DNA of 64,000 nt from Bdellovibrionales bacterium (GCA_964230645.1 CAXRHT010000001.1:619194-683193), one strand, 5' to 3'; shown: positions 38,891 through 48,475, counted from the stretch's first letter. Notes: generated from the letters alone by a model not told the origin. Program-made: numbers and translations.

Positions 38891-39991
38891 ATGGCGTTGC
38901 AGTGTGGAATCGTTGGACTTCCTAACGTTGGAAAAAGTACCCTTTTTAATGCCCTTACGGCCGCCAAAGCCGAAGCAGCAAACTACCCTTTTTGTACGAT
39001 TGACCCGAATGTCGGCGTGGTCACCGTGCCTGATCCCAGGCTCAAAAAAATTGTGGAACTCGTAAAGCCCCAAAAAGAAATCCCCACAGCGATGGAGTTT
39101 GTCGATATTGCAGGGCTCGTGGCTGGAGCCAGTAAAGGTGAAGGGCTCGGAAACCAGTTTTTAGCTAACATTCGAGAAACCGATGCGATCATTCAAGTGG
39201 TTCGCTGTTTTGACGACTCCGATGTGGTGCATGTTTCTGGCTCTGTCGATCCTTTAAGAGACATTGATGTGATCAATACGGAGTTAATGCTGGCCGACCT
39301 TGAATCCATTGAAAAAAGAAAACAGAAACTCGATAAGCAAGCACGTGCCACTAAAGATAAAAAGCTTCTCGGAGAGCTCGAAATTATTGAAAAAATCCAT
39401 AAGGCCCTCTCCGATGGAAAAGCGGCTAGAACTGTGGAAGTTCCTAAAGAAGACAAAAAGTTTGTTAAAGAACTTCAGCTGCTTACTACGAAACCGACTC
39501 TTTATGTTTGCAACGTCAGTGAAGACGACTTTCTCAATGGCGGTAACGACTGGAGCAAACAGGTTGAAGAGTTCGCAAAGTCTGAAGGCAATAATTCTCT
39601 CCTCATTTGTAGTGCCATGGAAGCTGAGATCGCCCTTCTTGATAAAGAAGAACAGAGTGAATTTTTAGAGTCCATGGGAGTGAGTGAGCCAGGACTTCAC
39701 CGTCTTATCCAAGAGGCCTACAATCTTTTAGAACTTCAAACCTACTTCACTGCCGGTGAAAAAGAAGTCAGAGCCTGGACAATCAAAAAAGGCATGACGG
39801 CCCCGCAGGCGGCCGGTGTGATTCACTCGGATTTTGAAAAAGGCTTTATTCGCGCTGAGACCTATAACTGTGAGGATTTATTTAATCTCAAATCAGAACA
39901 GGCCGTGAAAGAGTCTGGTAAATATCGCCTGGAAGGTAAAGAGTATGTCGTCAAAGATGGTGATGTTCTTTTCTTTCGCTTTAACGTTTAA
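38891..39991 (+). CDS. ychF: Ribosome-binding ATPase YchF
   Basis: [24 protein letters not shown]-loop and a TGS-like C-terminus. AGGAGA lies 7 nt before ATG 38891. Confidence 0.9.
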   Translation: MALQCGIVGLPNVGKSTLFNALTAAKAEAANYPFCTIDPNVGVVTVPDPRLKKIVELVKPQKEIPTAMEFVDIAGLVAGASKGEGLGNQFLANIRETDAIIQVVRCFDDSDVVHVSGSVDPLRDIDVINTELMLADLESIEKRKQKLDKQARATKDKKLLGELEIIEKIHKALSDGKAARTVEVPKEDKKFVKELQLLTTKPTLYVCNVSEDDFLNGGNDWSKQVEEFAKSEGNNSLLICSAMEAEIALLDKEEQSEFLESMGVSEPGLHRLIQEAYNLLELQTYFTAGEKEVRAWTIKKGMTAPQAAGVIHSDFEKGFIRAETYNCEDLFNLKSEQAVKESGKYRLEGKEYVVKDGDVLFFRFNV

Positions 39992-40098
39992 TAGACTCTC
40001 CTAACCCTCCATCTTATTATGGTCCTCTTTATAAAGGTGGGCCTAAAAAATGGGGCCTCTTTCTCGTCTCAATTCGAGAAATTTGCAATCATTGCTAT

Positions 40099-40118
40099 GG
40101 TTCTTACCCGTTCTTACC
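40099..40118 (+). promoter_or_regulatory. Tandem 10 bp direct repeat (GTTCTTACC x2) immediately upstream of 40130 CDS
   Basis: ggttcttacc cgttcttacc sits head to tail, 12-31 nt before the ATG. Confidence 0.3.
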
Positions 40119-40129
40119 GATAATGAGGT

Positions 40130-40573
40130 ATGAGATTTTTTAAAGGTTTTTTCAAATTCGTTATTAATTCCCTATTCTTCTCCGCTGTTTTTTCTCTATC
40201 AGTGCAAGTCTTTGCTGAAGAGCTCTCCAAAGTGGACTCAGAAGCCCTACAAAAAACTGTGGACTTGATGAACAATCGCTCCCAGCGAAATGAAATGATT
40301 GAAAATAATCCAGGAGCTAAAAAAGCCGATGATATGACAAGAAAACTTTTTGGAGATGGAGCCGAGCTTGATGCTGCTTACAAAGCGGCTGCACAAATTT
40401 TTCGAAAACTGGCTGCGGAAAATAACGGTGATATCCAGAAGATGATGGAGCAGATCAATAATGGACAGAAAAATCCTGAAGCTTTTTACAAAAATTTAGG
40501 GCCCCAAGAAAGGCAGTTGATCAAGAACCTTTCCAAGGGGGTTGAAGATCGCACTAAAAACTCCAATCCCTAA
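40130..40573 (+). CDS. Small secreted helical protein, function unknown
   Basis: Signal peptide ...LSVQVFAEE; 147 aa; followed by a strong terminator. Confidence 0.55.
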   Translation: MRFFKGFFKFVINSLFFSAVFSLSVQVFAEELSKVDSEALQKTVDLMNNRSQRNEMIENNPGAKKADDMTRKLFGDGAELDAAYKAAAQIFRKLAAENNGDIQKMMEQINNGQKNPEAFYKNLGPQERQLIKNLSKGVEDRTKNSNP

Positions 40574-40593
40574 TTTTTAAATGCAAATATAAA

Positions 40594-40627
40594 TAAAAAA
40601 AGGACTCTCATCTGGAGTCCTTTTTTA
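40594..40627. terminator. Bidirectional rho-independent terminator between convergent genes
   Basis: A7 run, stem aggactc / gagtcct (40601-40607 / 40615-40621), then T6. Confidence 0.8.
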
Positions 40628-40648
40628 GTTTCTAAAAGCTCGACTATT

Positions 40649-42814
40649 TTATAGATCGTAGTCTTCAAAGAGCTGCTCGATAAGAGACTTCTCTGTACTG
40701 TTGAGCTCCCTTGGATCCTCGTTATAAAGATTTCTGATCCACCACGGAGCCTCTAAGCGATAGTAGTTGCCATTGTATTCACTGGAGCTTCTTTCTGACT
40801 TGGCCTCACCTCTTTGAGCAAGGTCTCCTGTGGTCCCCATCCACCAGCGGCTTGAGTAAGGCAGATCTTTACGAGGTATCACAAACATCGCTTCAAGATC
40901 TTCTGGATTGAGTTTCACACCCATCACACTCGCCACACCGATCCAATTGGAAACATGGTCAAACTCTTTTGTCGGTTGATCCATTTCAATGACTTCTAAA
41001 ATGTTGCCCCCTTCGGTTGACTTAAGCTCACTCGCCAAAGCTTGGGAAACCGGCCCCATAGCAAGAAGGGTTTTATCTCCCTTAAGTTGCTTTAATACAG
41101 CCTTAAGAGTTTTAACAGCACTCCTACCCTGGCTGTCTTCTGTTTTGGCCAAGGCTATTTTTTGCTCAGTTTCAATCCCTATAGTATCGACAGGTAGGGG
41201 TCTAAGAATCAGGTAGGAATCGGCAGTCTCTAAGCCCACCTTCTGCAACCAGGTTTGTAAAGTTTGACCAGCCTCGCCTGTTAAAGCCCGAGTGGAAAAC
41301 ATATCTGTGTGACTCATTTGATCAGCAAGTATCACCACTTCAGGGTTCTCAAGATTTCCACGGTAGCTCGCGCCAAATCCAAAAGATTCATGATTAACGT
41401 AAGCTTCTGTATCGATCTCTTGAAAGTTAGGCCAACTCATAAGAGCCTCCGCCATCTTGGGATTGGTCGGTCCGGGATCAAATTGCTGCACATGCTCGAG
41501 ATCCCCTTCTTCTTCGCCAAACTCCGAGTATCGAGGAGGCTCGTAGGGAACTTCGTTTTCTTTCATTCCGTACACTCGGCCCTCAGCCATATCTAAAAGT
41601 TGGGCTCGAGTCGCCTCTGGCGCGAAATAATCATTAAAGTCCATCACTCTTAAAGCATTGCTCGTCTTTGACTCTTCGTAATCGCCTTGCTCACTAAAAA
41701 TTAAAATCTGATCTTGGCCGTTTCGATTCGATGTTGTTCCTGCATGTCCCATTCTCCAATTGGTGGCAAAAGCAAAGTCGCGAAAGGGAACGGGAGCATA
41801 GCCGTACTCGAAATAGCCAGTATTTAGCCTCTCCATTCTAGGACCACCGTAACATTGTGCAAACTTCTCTTCCTGAGGATCGGCTTTGAGCCAACCTGGA
41901 TTATTTTCTATGTATTGAGCCACCGTTTTAGCCGCTCTCCCGAAAGAGGAGCGAACCATTTGAGCGCCCCCATCAAATTTTGCAGAGCCAGGATGAACAA
42001 CTCCAAACACAAGAATAGTTTCGTCTCCATCGAGCACACCTTGATCAGCAAAGTGTTTTACAAGTTTATCGGTTTTGCAATCTTCAAGAGCGTCTTTGTC
42101 ACAAGCCATATCTCCACTTCGAGAGTTGATCCAAGTGGCCAGTGAGTCTTTAGCTCCCCCACCCACGGCCATTATCAAAGCCAGAGATTCTGGGTTCTGC
42201 TTAACCACATTATCAAAAAGTTGATGGCGGTACTGCACGATTGGACTATTGTAACCTTGCTCCATGGCAACGTAGTTGTCGTACTGTTCATCACTTCTCT
42301 CTGTCACACGTTGACCAAAGATTGTGTAAACAAAAGTGTTAAGAAACAAATAGCTCTCATAGATTCCCATGTGATTGAGAAACTTTTGCACATTAGTTCC
42401 TGTTGAGCCAGTGAACGCACGATTGGTAACATTTTCGTCTTGCGCTCCCTCTTGTCCAACCACAAATACTTTAACTTCGTTTTTTCCAAGTCGACCGCGA
42501 TACCACATCGGTCCCATCTGCCAACGAAACTTTTCATCCTCTCCGCCCATGATTTCTTTACCCACTTCACGGTAATTGGGAACTTGTCCAAAAAGTTTCA
42601 ACCAAGATTCACTTTCTTCCTGATAGGGGCCCGGATCAAATTCCGCAGGACTTCCTCTTCTCTCATCGTAAGCGAAACCATCAACCCAAGCGGCAGATAG
42701 AGTGCTTCCTCGGTAATAATAATCGTGACAAGATCTTTCCCCAAAATCGGCTTGCGAGATAGAGCTCACCAGCATAATCAAACCAATTAGGCAGATATTT
42801 AGAAACTGAATCAT
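40649..42814 (-). CDS. Secreted protein with two tandem uracil-DNA-glycosylase-superfamily-like domains
   Basis: Signal peptide MIQFLNICLIGLIMLVSSISQA. Domain 1: VFVVGQEGAQDENVTNRAFTGSTGTNVQKFLNHMGI...YLFLNTFV...FGVVHPGS parallels family-4 UDG motifs (VGEGPGxxEDxxGRPFVGxAGxxL...Y.TN.VKC...FHP). Domain 2: VVILADQMSHTDMFSTRALTGEAGQTLQTWLQKVGL is a degenerate copy. Confidence 0.5.
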   Translation of the reverse strand: MIQFLNICLIGLIMLVSSISQADFGERSCHDYYYRGSTLSAAWVDGFAYDERRGSPAEFDPGPYQEESESWLKLFGQVPNYREVGKEIMGGEDEKFRWQMGPMWYRGRLGKNEVKVFVVGQEGAQDENVTNRAFTGSTGTNVQKFLNHMGIYESYLFLNTFVYTIFGQRVTERSDEQYDNYVAMEQGYNSPIVQYRHQLFDNVVKQNPESLALIMAVGGGAKDSLATWINSRSGDMACDKDALEDCKTDKLVKHFADQGVLDGDETILVFGVVHPGSAKFDGGAQMVRSSFGRAAKTVAQYIENNPGWLKADPQEEKFAQCYGGPRMERLNTGYFEYGYAPVPFRDFAFATNWRMGHAGTTSNRNGQDQILIFSEQGDYEESKTSNALRVMDFNDYFAPEATRAQLLDMAEGRVYGMKENEVPYEPPRYSEFGEEEGDLEHVQQFDPGPTNPKMAEALMSWPNFQEIDTEAYVNHESFGFGASYRGNLENPEVVILADQMSHTDMFSTRALTGEAGQTLQTWLQKVGLETADSYLILRPLPVDTIGIETEQKIALAKTEDSQGRSAVKTLKAVLKQLKGDKTLLAMGPVSQALASELKSTEGGNILEVIEMDQPTKEFDHVSNWIGVASVMGVKLNPEDLEAMFVIPRKDLPYSSRWWMGTTGDLAQRGEAKSERSSSEYNGNYYRLEAPWWIRNLYNEDPRELNSTEKSLIEQLFEDYDL

Positions 42815-43216
42815 TTTATATTCTCCCGGGCTTGTTTTAAATTCGCCCTTATGTACTGCTGTCCGGTAGCTTGCCCAATGTCCTCCTGCGCAGCAAAGGA
42901 TTCAATGTCCTCCTGAGCGTAGCGAAGGATCTTAGGTCTTTCGCTTCGCTCAAGACGACACGGCTCAAGACGACATCTTTAAAGATCCACCGTATGGCAG
43001 TTGGCCTAAATTAGATAAGTTGAGGAATTACAGCAAGTTATCTACTCGTTTCTGAAAAGTTTATAAGAACTTAGTGAGTGGATTGTTCGCTAGTGCTTAA
43101 GTTTACCTGTGTTCAAGGGTTTAGAGAGCTTTCAACCTTAGGATTTGGTTTTAATTGTTAAGAATAACAAAAAAAGAATGGAACGTTCTTTTTTTTAGCA
43201 GAGAACTCACAGGCTA

Positions 43217-44095
43217 CTAAAGTTTCATTTTTGGATCGAAGGCATCTCTTAAACCATCACCCAGGAGCTGGAATGCCATGAGTGTAAAAAAGAGGGCTGC
43301 TCCTGGGAAGAGAATAAGATGAGGGTAGCTCTCCAGTAAATCGGCTCCATCTGAGGCTAAAACACCCCACGAGGAGTAAGGAGGTTGTAAGCCAAGACCA
43401 ATAAAACTCAGAAAACTTTCAAAGAGAATATTACCTGGAATTCTAAAGGTGAGCATAACGATAATGGGACCCAGAATGTTTGGAAACACATGACGCCACA
43501 ACAGTTGAACATGACCAAATCCAAGAGCTTTTCCAGCCTCGATATAAGCCATTTGTCTGACTTGCAGAACCTGCCCTCGCACAAGACGGGCCAAACTCAC
43601 CCAACCCACAATACTAAGGGCAATTAAAGTTCCGGTAAGAGCTTTCAATTCTGGGTGAGAGAATAGATCAAGACTATCAAAAATAACCTTGATTAAAATC
43701 ATAATAACTAACGAAGGAATGGAATAAGCAATATCCACAGCCCTCATCATAAAACTATCAACCCAGCCACCAAACCAGCCGGAAAGTGCACCGTAGATCG
43801 CGCCAAATATCAGAGAAATTACCGCTGTTATAATTCCAACGGCCATAGACATTCTCGCTCCATAAATAATGCGACTAAACAGGTCGCGGCCTAATTTATC
43901 CGTCCCTAACCAAAACTGTGAATTGGGAGATTCTAGTAGATGATCGATATGTTGTTCGTCGAAAGGATAGGGAGTGATCCATTTGGCGACCAAGGCTACA
44001 AAACAAAGAAAAACAATAAAGATCAGACAAACAAAGGCCACTTTATTTTTCTTTAAATTATAAAATCCTTCCACCAACCAATTGTCTGACTTCAT
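43217..44095 (-). CDS. oppC: Peptide ABC transporter permease (OppC/DppC-like)
   Basis: Six-TM BPD-transport permease with an EAA-loop-like region (YIEAGKALGFGHVQLLWRHVFPN). Confidence 0.8.
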   Translation of the reverse strand: MKSDNWLVEGFYNLKKNKVAFVCLIFIVFLCFVALVAKWITPYPFDEQHIDHLLESPNSQFWLGTDKLGRDLFSRIIYGARMSMAVGIITAVISLIFGAIYGALSGWFGGWVDSFMMRAVDIAYSIPSLVIMILIKVIFDSLDLFSHPELKALTGTLIALSIVGWVSLARLVRGQVLQVRQMAYIEAGKALGFGHVQLLWRHVFPNILGPIIVMLTFRIPGNILFESFLSFIGLGLQPPYSSWGVLASDGADLLESYPHLILFPGAALFFTLMAFQLLGDGLRDAFDPKMKL

Positions 44096-45219
44096 GACAC
44101 CTCAATCCTTGGGTCGACCACTTTATAGAGAATATCGACCACCATATTGGCGAAAATCAGCATTAATGAAAAAAGGAGTGTGAGAGCCATAATCAAAGGA
44201 TAGTCTCGATTGAACACACTCTGTACGAAATATTTAGCGATACCTGGAATAGCAAAAATAATTTCTACGATGAAAGAGCCTGAGAGAATTCCCGCCACCA
44301 AAGGACCGGCGTAGGTCAACACTGGTACCAGAGAGTTTCTTAGGACATGATGATAAAGAACCACCTTTTCACTCAATCCTTTCGAGCGAGCCGTGCGAAC
44401 AAAATCCGAATGGATCACATCAAGAACACTGGTTCTTGTGAGTCGAGCAATAAAGGCCGCCGGCCGCACTCCCAGAGTCACCACCGGCAAAATATAATGC
44501 CTCGGTGAGTGCCAGAGAGCGGCTGGCAGTAGAATATCGTTTTCAAAAAGCCATTGGTAAAGACTTGGGAAAAGGACATTAATAGGCCAACCAAAACTAA
44601 AGATATAAATTAGAATAGGTGCGACCAAAAAACTAGGAAGGGAAATTCCACTAATGGCCACAATCATGGCGCCACTGTCCCATTTGGTACCATGATTGGC
44701 CGCCGCCAGAAGGCCTAAGGGAACCCCAATCACAAAAGAAAGGATTAAGGCGTAAAATCCTAACTTAAAGGATACTGGAAAAGCATCTTTAATTATACTT
44801 ACAACCTCTCTCCCCTCATATTTATAAGAATACCCGAGGTGTCCAGTGGCAATGCCAATCATATGATCGGCGTATTGCTCAATAAGAGGCTTATCAAGAC
44901 CATACTTTTTCTCAATATTAGCTTTCACATGCTGAGGTAGAGCTTTTTCTTCATCAAAGGGGCCACCCGGTAGCAAACGCAAAAGAAGGAAAGTCATACT
45001 TGCAATGACAAAGATGACAAACAAAGAGGAGAAAAGCCTTTTGATAAAGAACAAAGTCAGATCTTGCATAAAAATGCCGTAGAAAAGAGAAACGGCAAAA
45101 AGAAACCAAAAAGGGTAAAGTAAAAAATTGGGAACGTACATCATGCTAAGATCACAGAGCACTAAGCTTATTCCAAGAAGACTGGTAAACCAGAATAAAA
45201 TGGGCCCGACAAGCTTCAT
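44092..45219 (-). CDS. oppB: Peptide ABC transporter permease (OppB/DppB-like), with an extra N-terminal TM segment
   Basis: Permease core containing FVRTARSKGLSEKVVLYHHVLRNSL. 4 nt overlaps with both neighbours. Confidence 0.8.
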   Translation of the reverse strand: MKLVGPILFWFTSLLGISLVLCDLSMMYVPNFLLYPFWFLFAVSLFYGIFMQDLTLFFIKRLFSSLFVIFVIASMTFLLLRLLPGGPFDEEKALPQHVKANIEKKYGLDKPLIEQYADHMIGIATGHLGYSYKYEGREVVSIIKDAFPVSFKLGFYALILSFVIGVPLGLLAAANHGTKWDSGAMIVAISGISLPSFLVAPILIYIFSFGWPINVLFPSLYQWLFENDILLPAALWHSPRHYILPVVTLGVRPAAFIARLTRTSVLDVIHSDFVRTARSKGLSEKVVLYHHVLRNSLVPVLTYAGPLVAGILSGSFIVEIIFAIPGIAKYFVQSVFNRDYPLIMALTLLFSLMLIFANMVVDILYKVVDPRIEVS

Positions 45220-46826
45220 TTCTGAGCCTCCAAATCAAACAGAAAAAAATGATAAAGATCTAAAACGTTATTACTGAAATTCTTTATTCTCTGACTCACA
45301 AGCAGTTGGTTAACGTCAGTCATAAGAGGGATAACAGGAACTTCGTCTTCTACCAAAAGCTTTTGCGCTTTTCGATAGATCTCTAATCGTTTCTGCGCCT
45401 CGACTTCTTTAACCCCTTGTTCAACTAGCTTATCGTATTGCTTGTTTTCCCAGCCTGTACGGTTGTTCTCAGAGAAACTTGTCATGATCGCCATAAAATT
45501 ATGGGGATCCGCGTAGTCGGCCACCCAACCCAAGCGAAAAATAGAATAAGCCGAAGCACTTCTTAGACCGTTTAAAAAAGTTTTCCATTCCTCATTTTTT
45601 ATTTCGACTTTCACATCCAAATTTCTTTTCAATTGGGCCTGAATGTTTTCAGCCACACGTTTGTGTTTTTCCTCGGTGTTGAAACCAAGAACCAGTGTTG
45701 GAAAAGTGCTTCTATTTTTAAATCCAGCCTGATCTAAAAGTTCTCGGGCTTTTTGAGGATCAAAAGAAAGACCAATATCATCCTCGTGCCCGAACATCCC
45801 CTGAGGCACCCAACTTGTCAGTGGCTTCTGCCCTCCTCCAAGAATTTTTACCACTTCTTTGCGATTAATTGCGTAGGAAAGGGCTCTTCGAACCAACTTA
45901 TTACCAAGAGGCTTTTTACCAACTTTAATTCCATAGTAATAAAGTCGTAGACCGGGATGAGTTCGAAATTCCTCCCATTTACGAAGTCTGGGGATCTCTG
46001 AGCTGGGAAGATCGCGAATAAAATCTATTTTCCCCTGTTGAAACATTCTCAATGCGGTCGAGGGTTTTCCAATCATATAATAAACGATGAACTCAATGGA
46101 GGGCTTTTTACCCCAGTAATTTTCGTTTCTTCTTAGTACTATGCGGCTGTCATGGTGCCAATACACCAATTTGTAAGGTCCAAGAGTCACAATATTTTGA
46201 GGCTCGGTCCAAAGTGGGCCATGCTTTTTAATAACGTCTCGTCTTACAGGAAAGGTGGTGTGATGAGTGAGAAGCATCGGAAAAAAGGCCATGGGCTGTT
46301 TTAGGGTAAACTCCACTTGATAAGGGCCAAGGGCTTTGACTCCCACTTGGCTGAAGTCATTGAGTTTGCCTGAGTTGAAGGCACGCGCATTTTTAATGGG
46401 AAAAATATTGTCGACGGCGATGGCGGCCGACTCTGGAGTCAGAATGTACTCAAAAGAATCAAGAACATGCTTAGAAGTAAATTCCACTCCGTCAGTCCAA
46501 CGAACATTTTCTCTTAACTGAAATACCCACTTCTGCCCCCCGTCTTTTTCCTGCCAACTTGTTGCAAGAGCGGGTTTTAATTCCAGTCCCGGTTTTGAAA
46601 GATCAAAACGGACGAGTCCTTCCATTATGTTTTCTTGAATCCAGCTGGAGTCCGTATCAGAGGAAAGTAGCCAATCGAGTTTTGGAGGCTCAGAGGTGAT
46701 AACCGTGGCTAGGGTTTTGTCATCTTGTAGTTTTACCCTTTCTCCACTGGGTAAAACAATGGAGGGAGTCCCTCCCCAGGTGCAGCCTGCTAGTATAAAA
46801 ACCAATACAATTATCCTAAAACTCAC
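45216..46826 (-). CDS. oppA: Peptide ABC transporter substrate-binding lipoprotein (family 5, OppA/DppA-like)
   Basis: Lipobox ILAGC, 536 aa, typical SBP_bac_5 pattern. First gene of the operon. Confidence 0.75.
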   Translation of the reverse strand: MSFRIIVLVFILAGCTWGGTPSIVLPSGERVKLQDDKTLATVITSEPPKLDWLLSSDTDSSWIQENIMEGLVRFDLSKPGLELKPALATSWQEKDGGQKWVFQLRENVRWTDGVEFTSKHVLDSFEYILTPESAAIAVDNIFPIKNARAFNSGKLNDFSQVGVKALGPYQVEFTLKQPMAFFPMLLTHHTTFPVRRDVIKKHGPLWTEPQNIVTLGPYKLVYWHHDSRIVLRRNENYWGKKPSIEFIVYYMIGKPSTALRMFQQGKIDFIRDLPSSEIPRLRKWEEFRTHPGLRLYYYGIKVGKKPLGNKLVRRALSYAINRKEVVKILGGGQKPLTSWVPQGMFGHEDDIGLSFDPQKARELLDQAGFKNRSTFPTLVLGFNTEEKHKRVAENIQAQLKRNLDVKVEIKNEEWKTFLNGLRSASAYSIFRLGWVADYADPHNFMAIMTSFSENNRTGWENKQYDKLVEQGVKEVEAQKRLEIYRKAQKLLVEDEVPVIPLMTDVNQLLVSQRIKNFSNNVLDLYHFFLFDLEAQK

Positions 46827-46987
46827 ACTCTCAAGAGTGCTTCAAGCTCTCTTGTTAGGCAAGGATTTATTAAAATCTCTCCTTATTTTAGGTATTTACC
46901 TTTAAGGCAGGAGCACACTTTAGATGATTAATAAATATTATGAGAGTCTAATATAATGAATAATTTTCATTAATGTTAGGAAATCTG

Positions 46988-47008
46988 TATAACAACTCTA
47001 TAACAACT
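46988..47008 (+). promoter_or_regulatory. Tandem direct repeat TATAACAACT x2 (11 bp period) upstream of 47028 CDS
   Basis: tataacaact c tataacaact sits 20-40 nt before the ATG, just 5' of GGGGGAGAG SD. Confidence 0.3.
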
Positions 47009-47027
47009 TCTTCCAAAGGGGGAGAGA

Positions 47028-47318
47028 ATGAAAGCACTTATTTTTACATTGATTATCGGACTTAGCTCACTGGCCCAAGCTCGTGAGGGCATTAATCCTG
47101 AGTTTATGACGGCCCAGCAACAAATTCAGCTCCTCCAGGTACTTAATCAGTTGGAACCCGAAGTTCTTTCAAGCATGCTTTCTGATGAAGGCCTGGACTG
47201 GTACATTGCTCAATACAACCGCATGGCTGATGAGGGTGAAATCATCGTTGAGGAAGCTCATAGTCGTATCGACTTAGGAAGCAACCCCTACGACGATCCT
47301 AACGCTCCAAGCTTCTAA
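47028..47318 (+). CDS. Small secreted protein, function unknown
   Basis: Signal peptide MKALIFTLIIGLSSLAQA, strong SD, and a terminator downstream. Confidence 0.55.
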   Translation: MKALIFTLIIGLSSLAQAREGINPEFMTAQQQIQLLQVLNQLEPEVLSSMLSDEGLDWYIAQYNRMADEGEIIVEEAHSRIDLGSNPYDDPNAPSF

Positions 47319-47344
47319 GCCTGAGATCAAAAAAATTTAATTTC

Positions 47345-47378
47345 TAAAAAAGCCTTTCATTAAGAAAGGCTTTTTTTA
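47345..47378 (+). terminator. Rho-independent terminator
   Basis: aaaaa, stem agcctttc / gaaaggct (47351-47358 / 47363-47370), then T7. Confidence 0.8.
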
Positions 47379-47421
47379 TTTGCTTCTTCACAAGCCTTCA
47401 TTCCTCCGCTACCCTTTTTAT

Positions 47422-48426
47422 ATGAACGACATCTACGCACGCACCAATAATATTTGCTTGGTTTTTTTAACAATCGTCACAGGGACTGTGGCTCTGGTCT
47501 ATATGAGACCTATGCTGATCCCCTTAATCTTCGCCATTTTTGTCTATGCTATTCTCACTCCCCTTGTGCGCTGGATTCGAGTTAAGACAAGGCTACCTAA
47601 ATCTTTAGCTGTACTTATCTCAATGGGGCTCTTCACTTTGGGTTTAACCATGATTGTATTTATCATCATTCAATCTGTTGAAAACTTTGTGGAAGGTGTG
47701 CCGAAGTATAAAGAAAGTTTGAATACCGCAATTTACTTTGTTCAAACTCAGTTGGACCGCTTTGATGTGGATATCAATCTACAAAAAATCCAAGAACTCG
47801 TTAGAGGCTTACCCCTTTTTAATTATGCGCAAAGGTTGACCACACAACTCTTCTCCTTTTTAGGAAATCTTTTTCTCGTGTTTATTTTCACGGTTTTTAT
47901 GATGACCGGAGAATCCCGAAGCACTCAGAAAGGTCCCTTTTTAAAAGAAGTGCTTCACAAAGTCTCCTCTTATGTGGTCTCCAAATTTTTTCTGTCATTG
48001 GCAACCGGTCTACTCGTAGGGATTGTTCTTTTAATTTTTCAAGTTGAGCTTGCTTTTATCTTTGCCTTACTCACTATTCTTCTCAACTTTATACCGAACA
48101 TTGGATCCATTGTGGCCGTTCTTCTCCCCTTACCCATAGTATTTTTACAATACCAGTTTGGTTGGGTCTTCTGGGTGGTCTTAGCACTCTCAGGCCTAAT
48201 TCAGTTTACTGTTGGAAATGTGATTGAGCCCAAAATGATGGGTGATTCCATGGATCTTCACCCCATCACAGTTTTAATTTGTTTAATTTTTTGGGGAATG
48301 GTTTGGGGGATTGCCGGTATGTTTTTAGCTGTTCCCATTACAGCCGTTTTAAAAATTATCTTTACAAAGATTGAGGCCACACAAACCTTGGCTGAAATTT
48401 TAGCGGGCCGTTTACCTGAACGATAA
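47422..48426 (+). CDS. AI-2E family (PerM/YhhT-like) transporter
   Basis: Seven to eight TM helices with the typical C-terminal GMFLAVPITAVLKIIF. The track TTG start at 47380 abuts the upstream terminator T-tract, so ATG 47422 is preferred. Confidence 0.7.
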   Translation: MNDIYARTNNICLVFLTIVTGTVALVYMRPMLIPLIFAIFVYAILTPLVRWIRVKTRLPKSLAVLISMGLFTLGLTMIVFIIIQSVENFVEGVPKYKESLNTAIYFVQTQLDRFDVDINLQKIQELVRGLPLFNYAQRLTTQLFSFLGNLFLVFIFTVFMMTGESRSTQKGPFLKEVLHKVSSYVVSKFFLSLATGLLVGIVLLIFQVELAFIFALLTILLNFIPNIGSIVAVLLPLPIVFLQYQFGWVFWVVLALSGLIQFTVGNVIEPKMMGDSMDLHPITVLICLIFWGMVWGIAGMFLAVPITAVLKIIFTKIEATQTLAEILAGRLPER

Positions 48427-48450
48427 AAAAACCGCAGTGGTCACTGCGGT
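48425..48450. terminator. Hairpin between convergent genes (A6 on plus strand gives T6 on minus)
   Basis: accgcagtg / cactgcggt (48431-48439 / 48442-48450). This forms a canonical terminator for the minus-strand gene ending at 48476. Confidence 0.65.
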
Positions 48451-48475
48451 CCTTTCAAAAATTCAACGAATAGCC

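Noticed and set aside
42880-42975. Short tandem repeats considered as a mini CRISPR array
   Set aside because: There are only two copies of each repeat, with 15 and 29 nt periods. There are no spacer-like unique segments of regular length and no cas genes.
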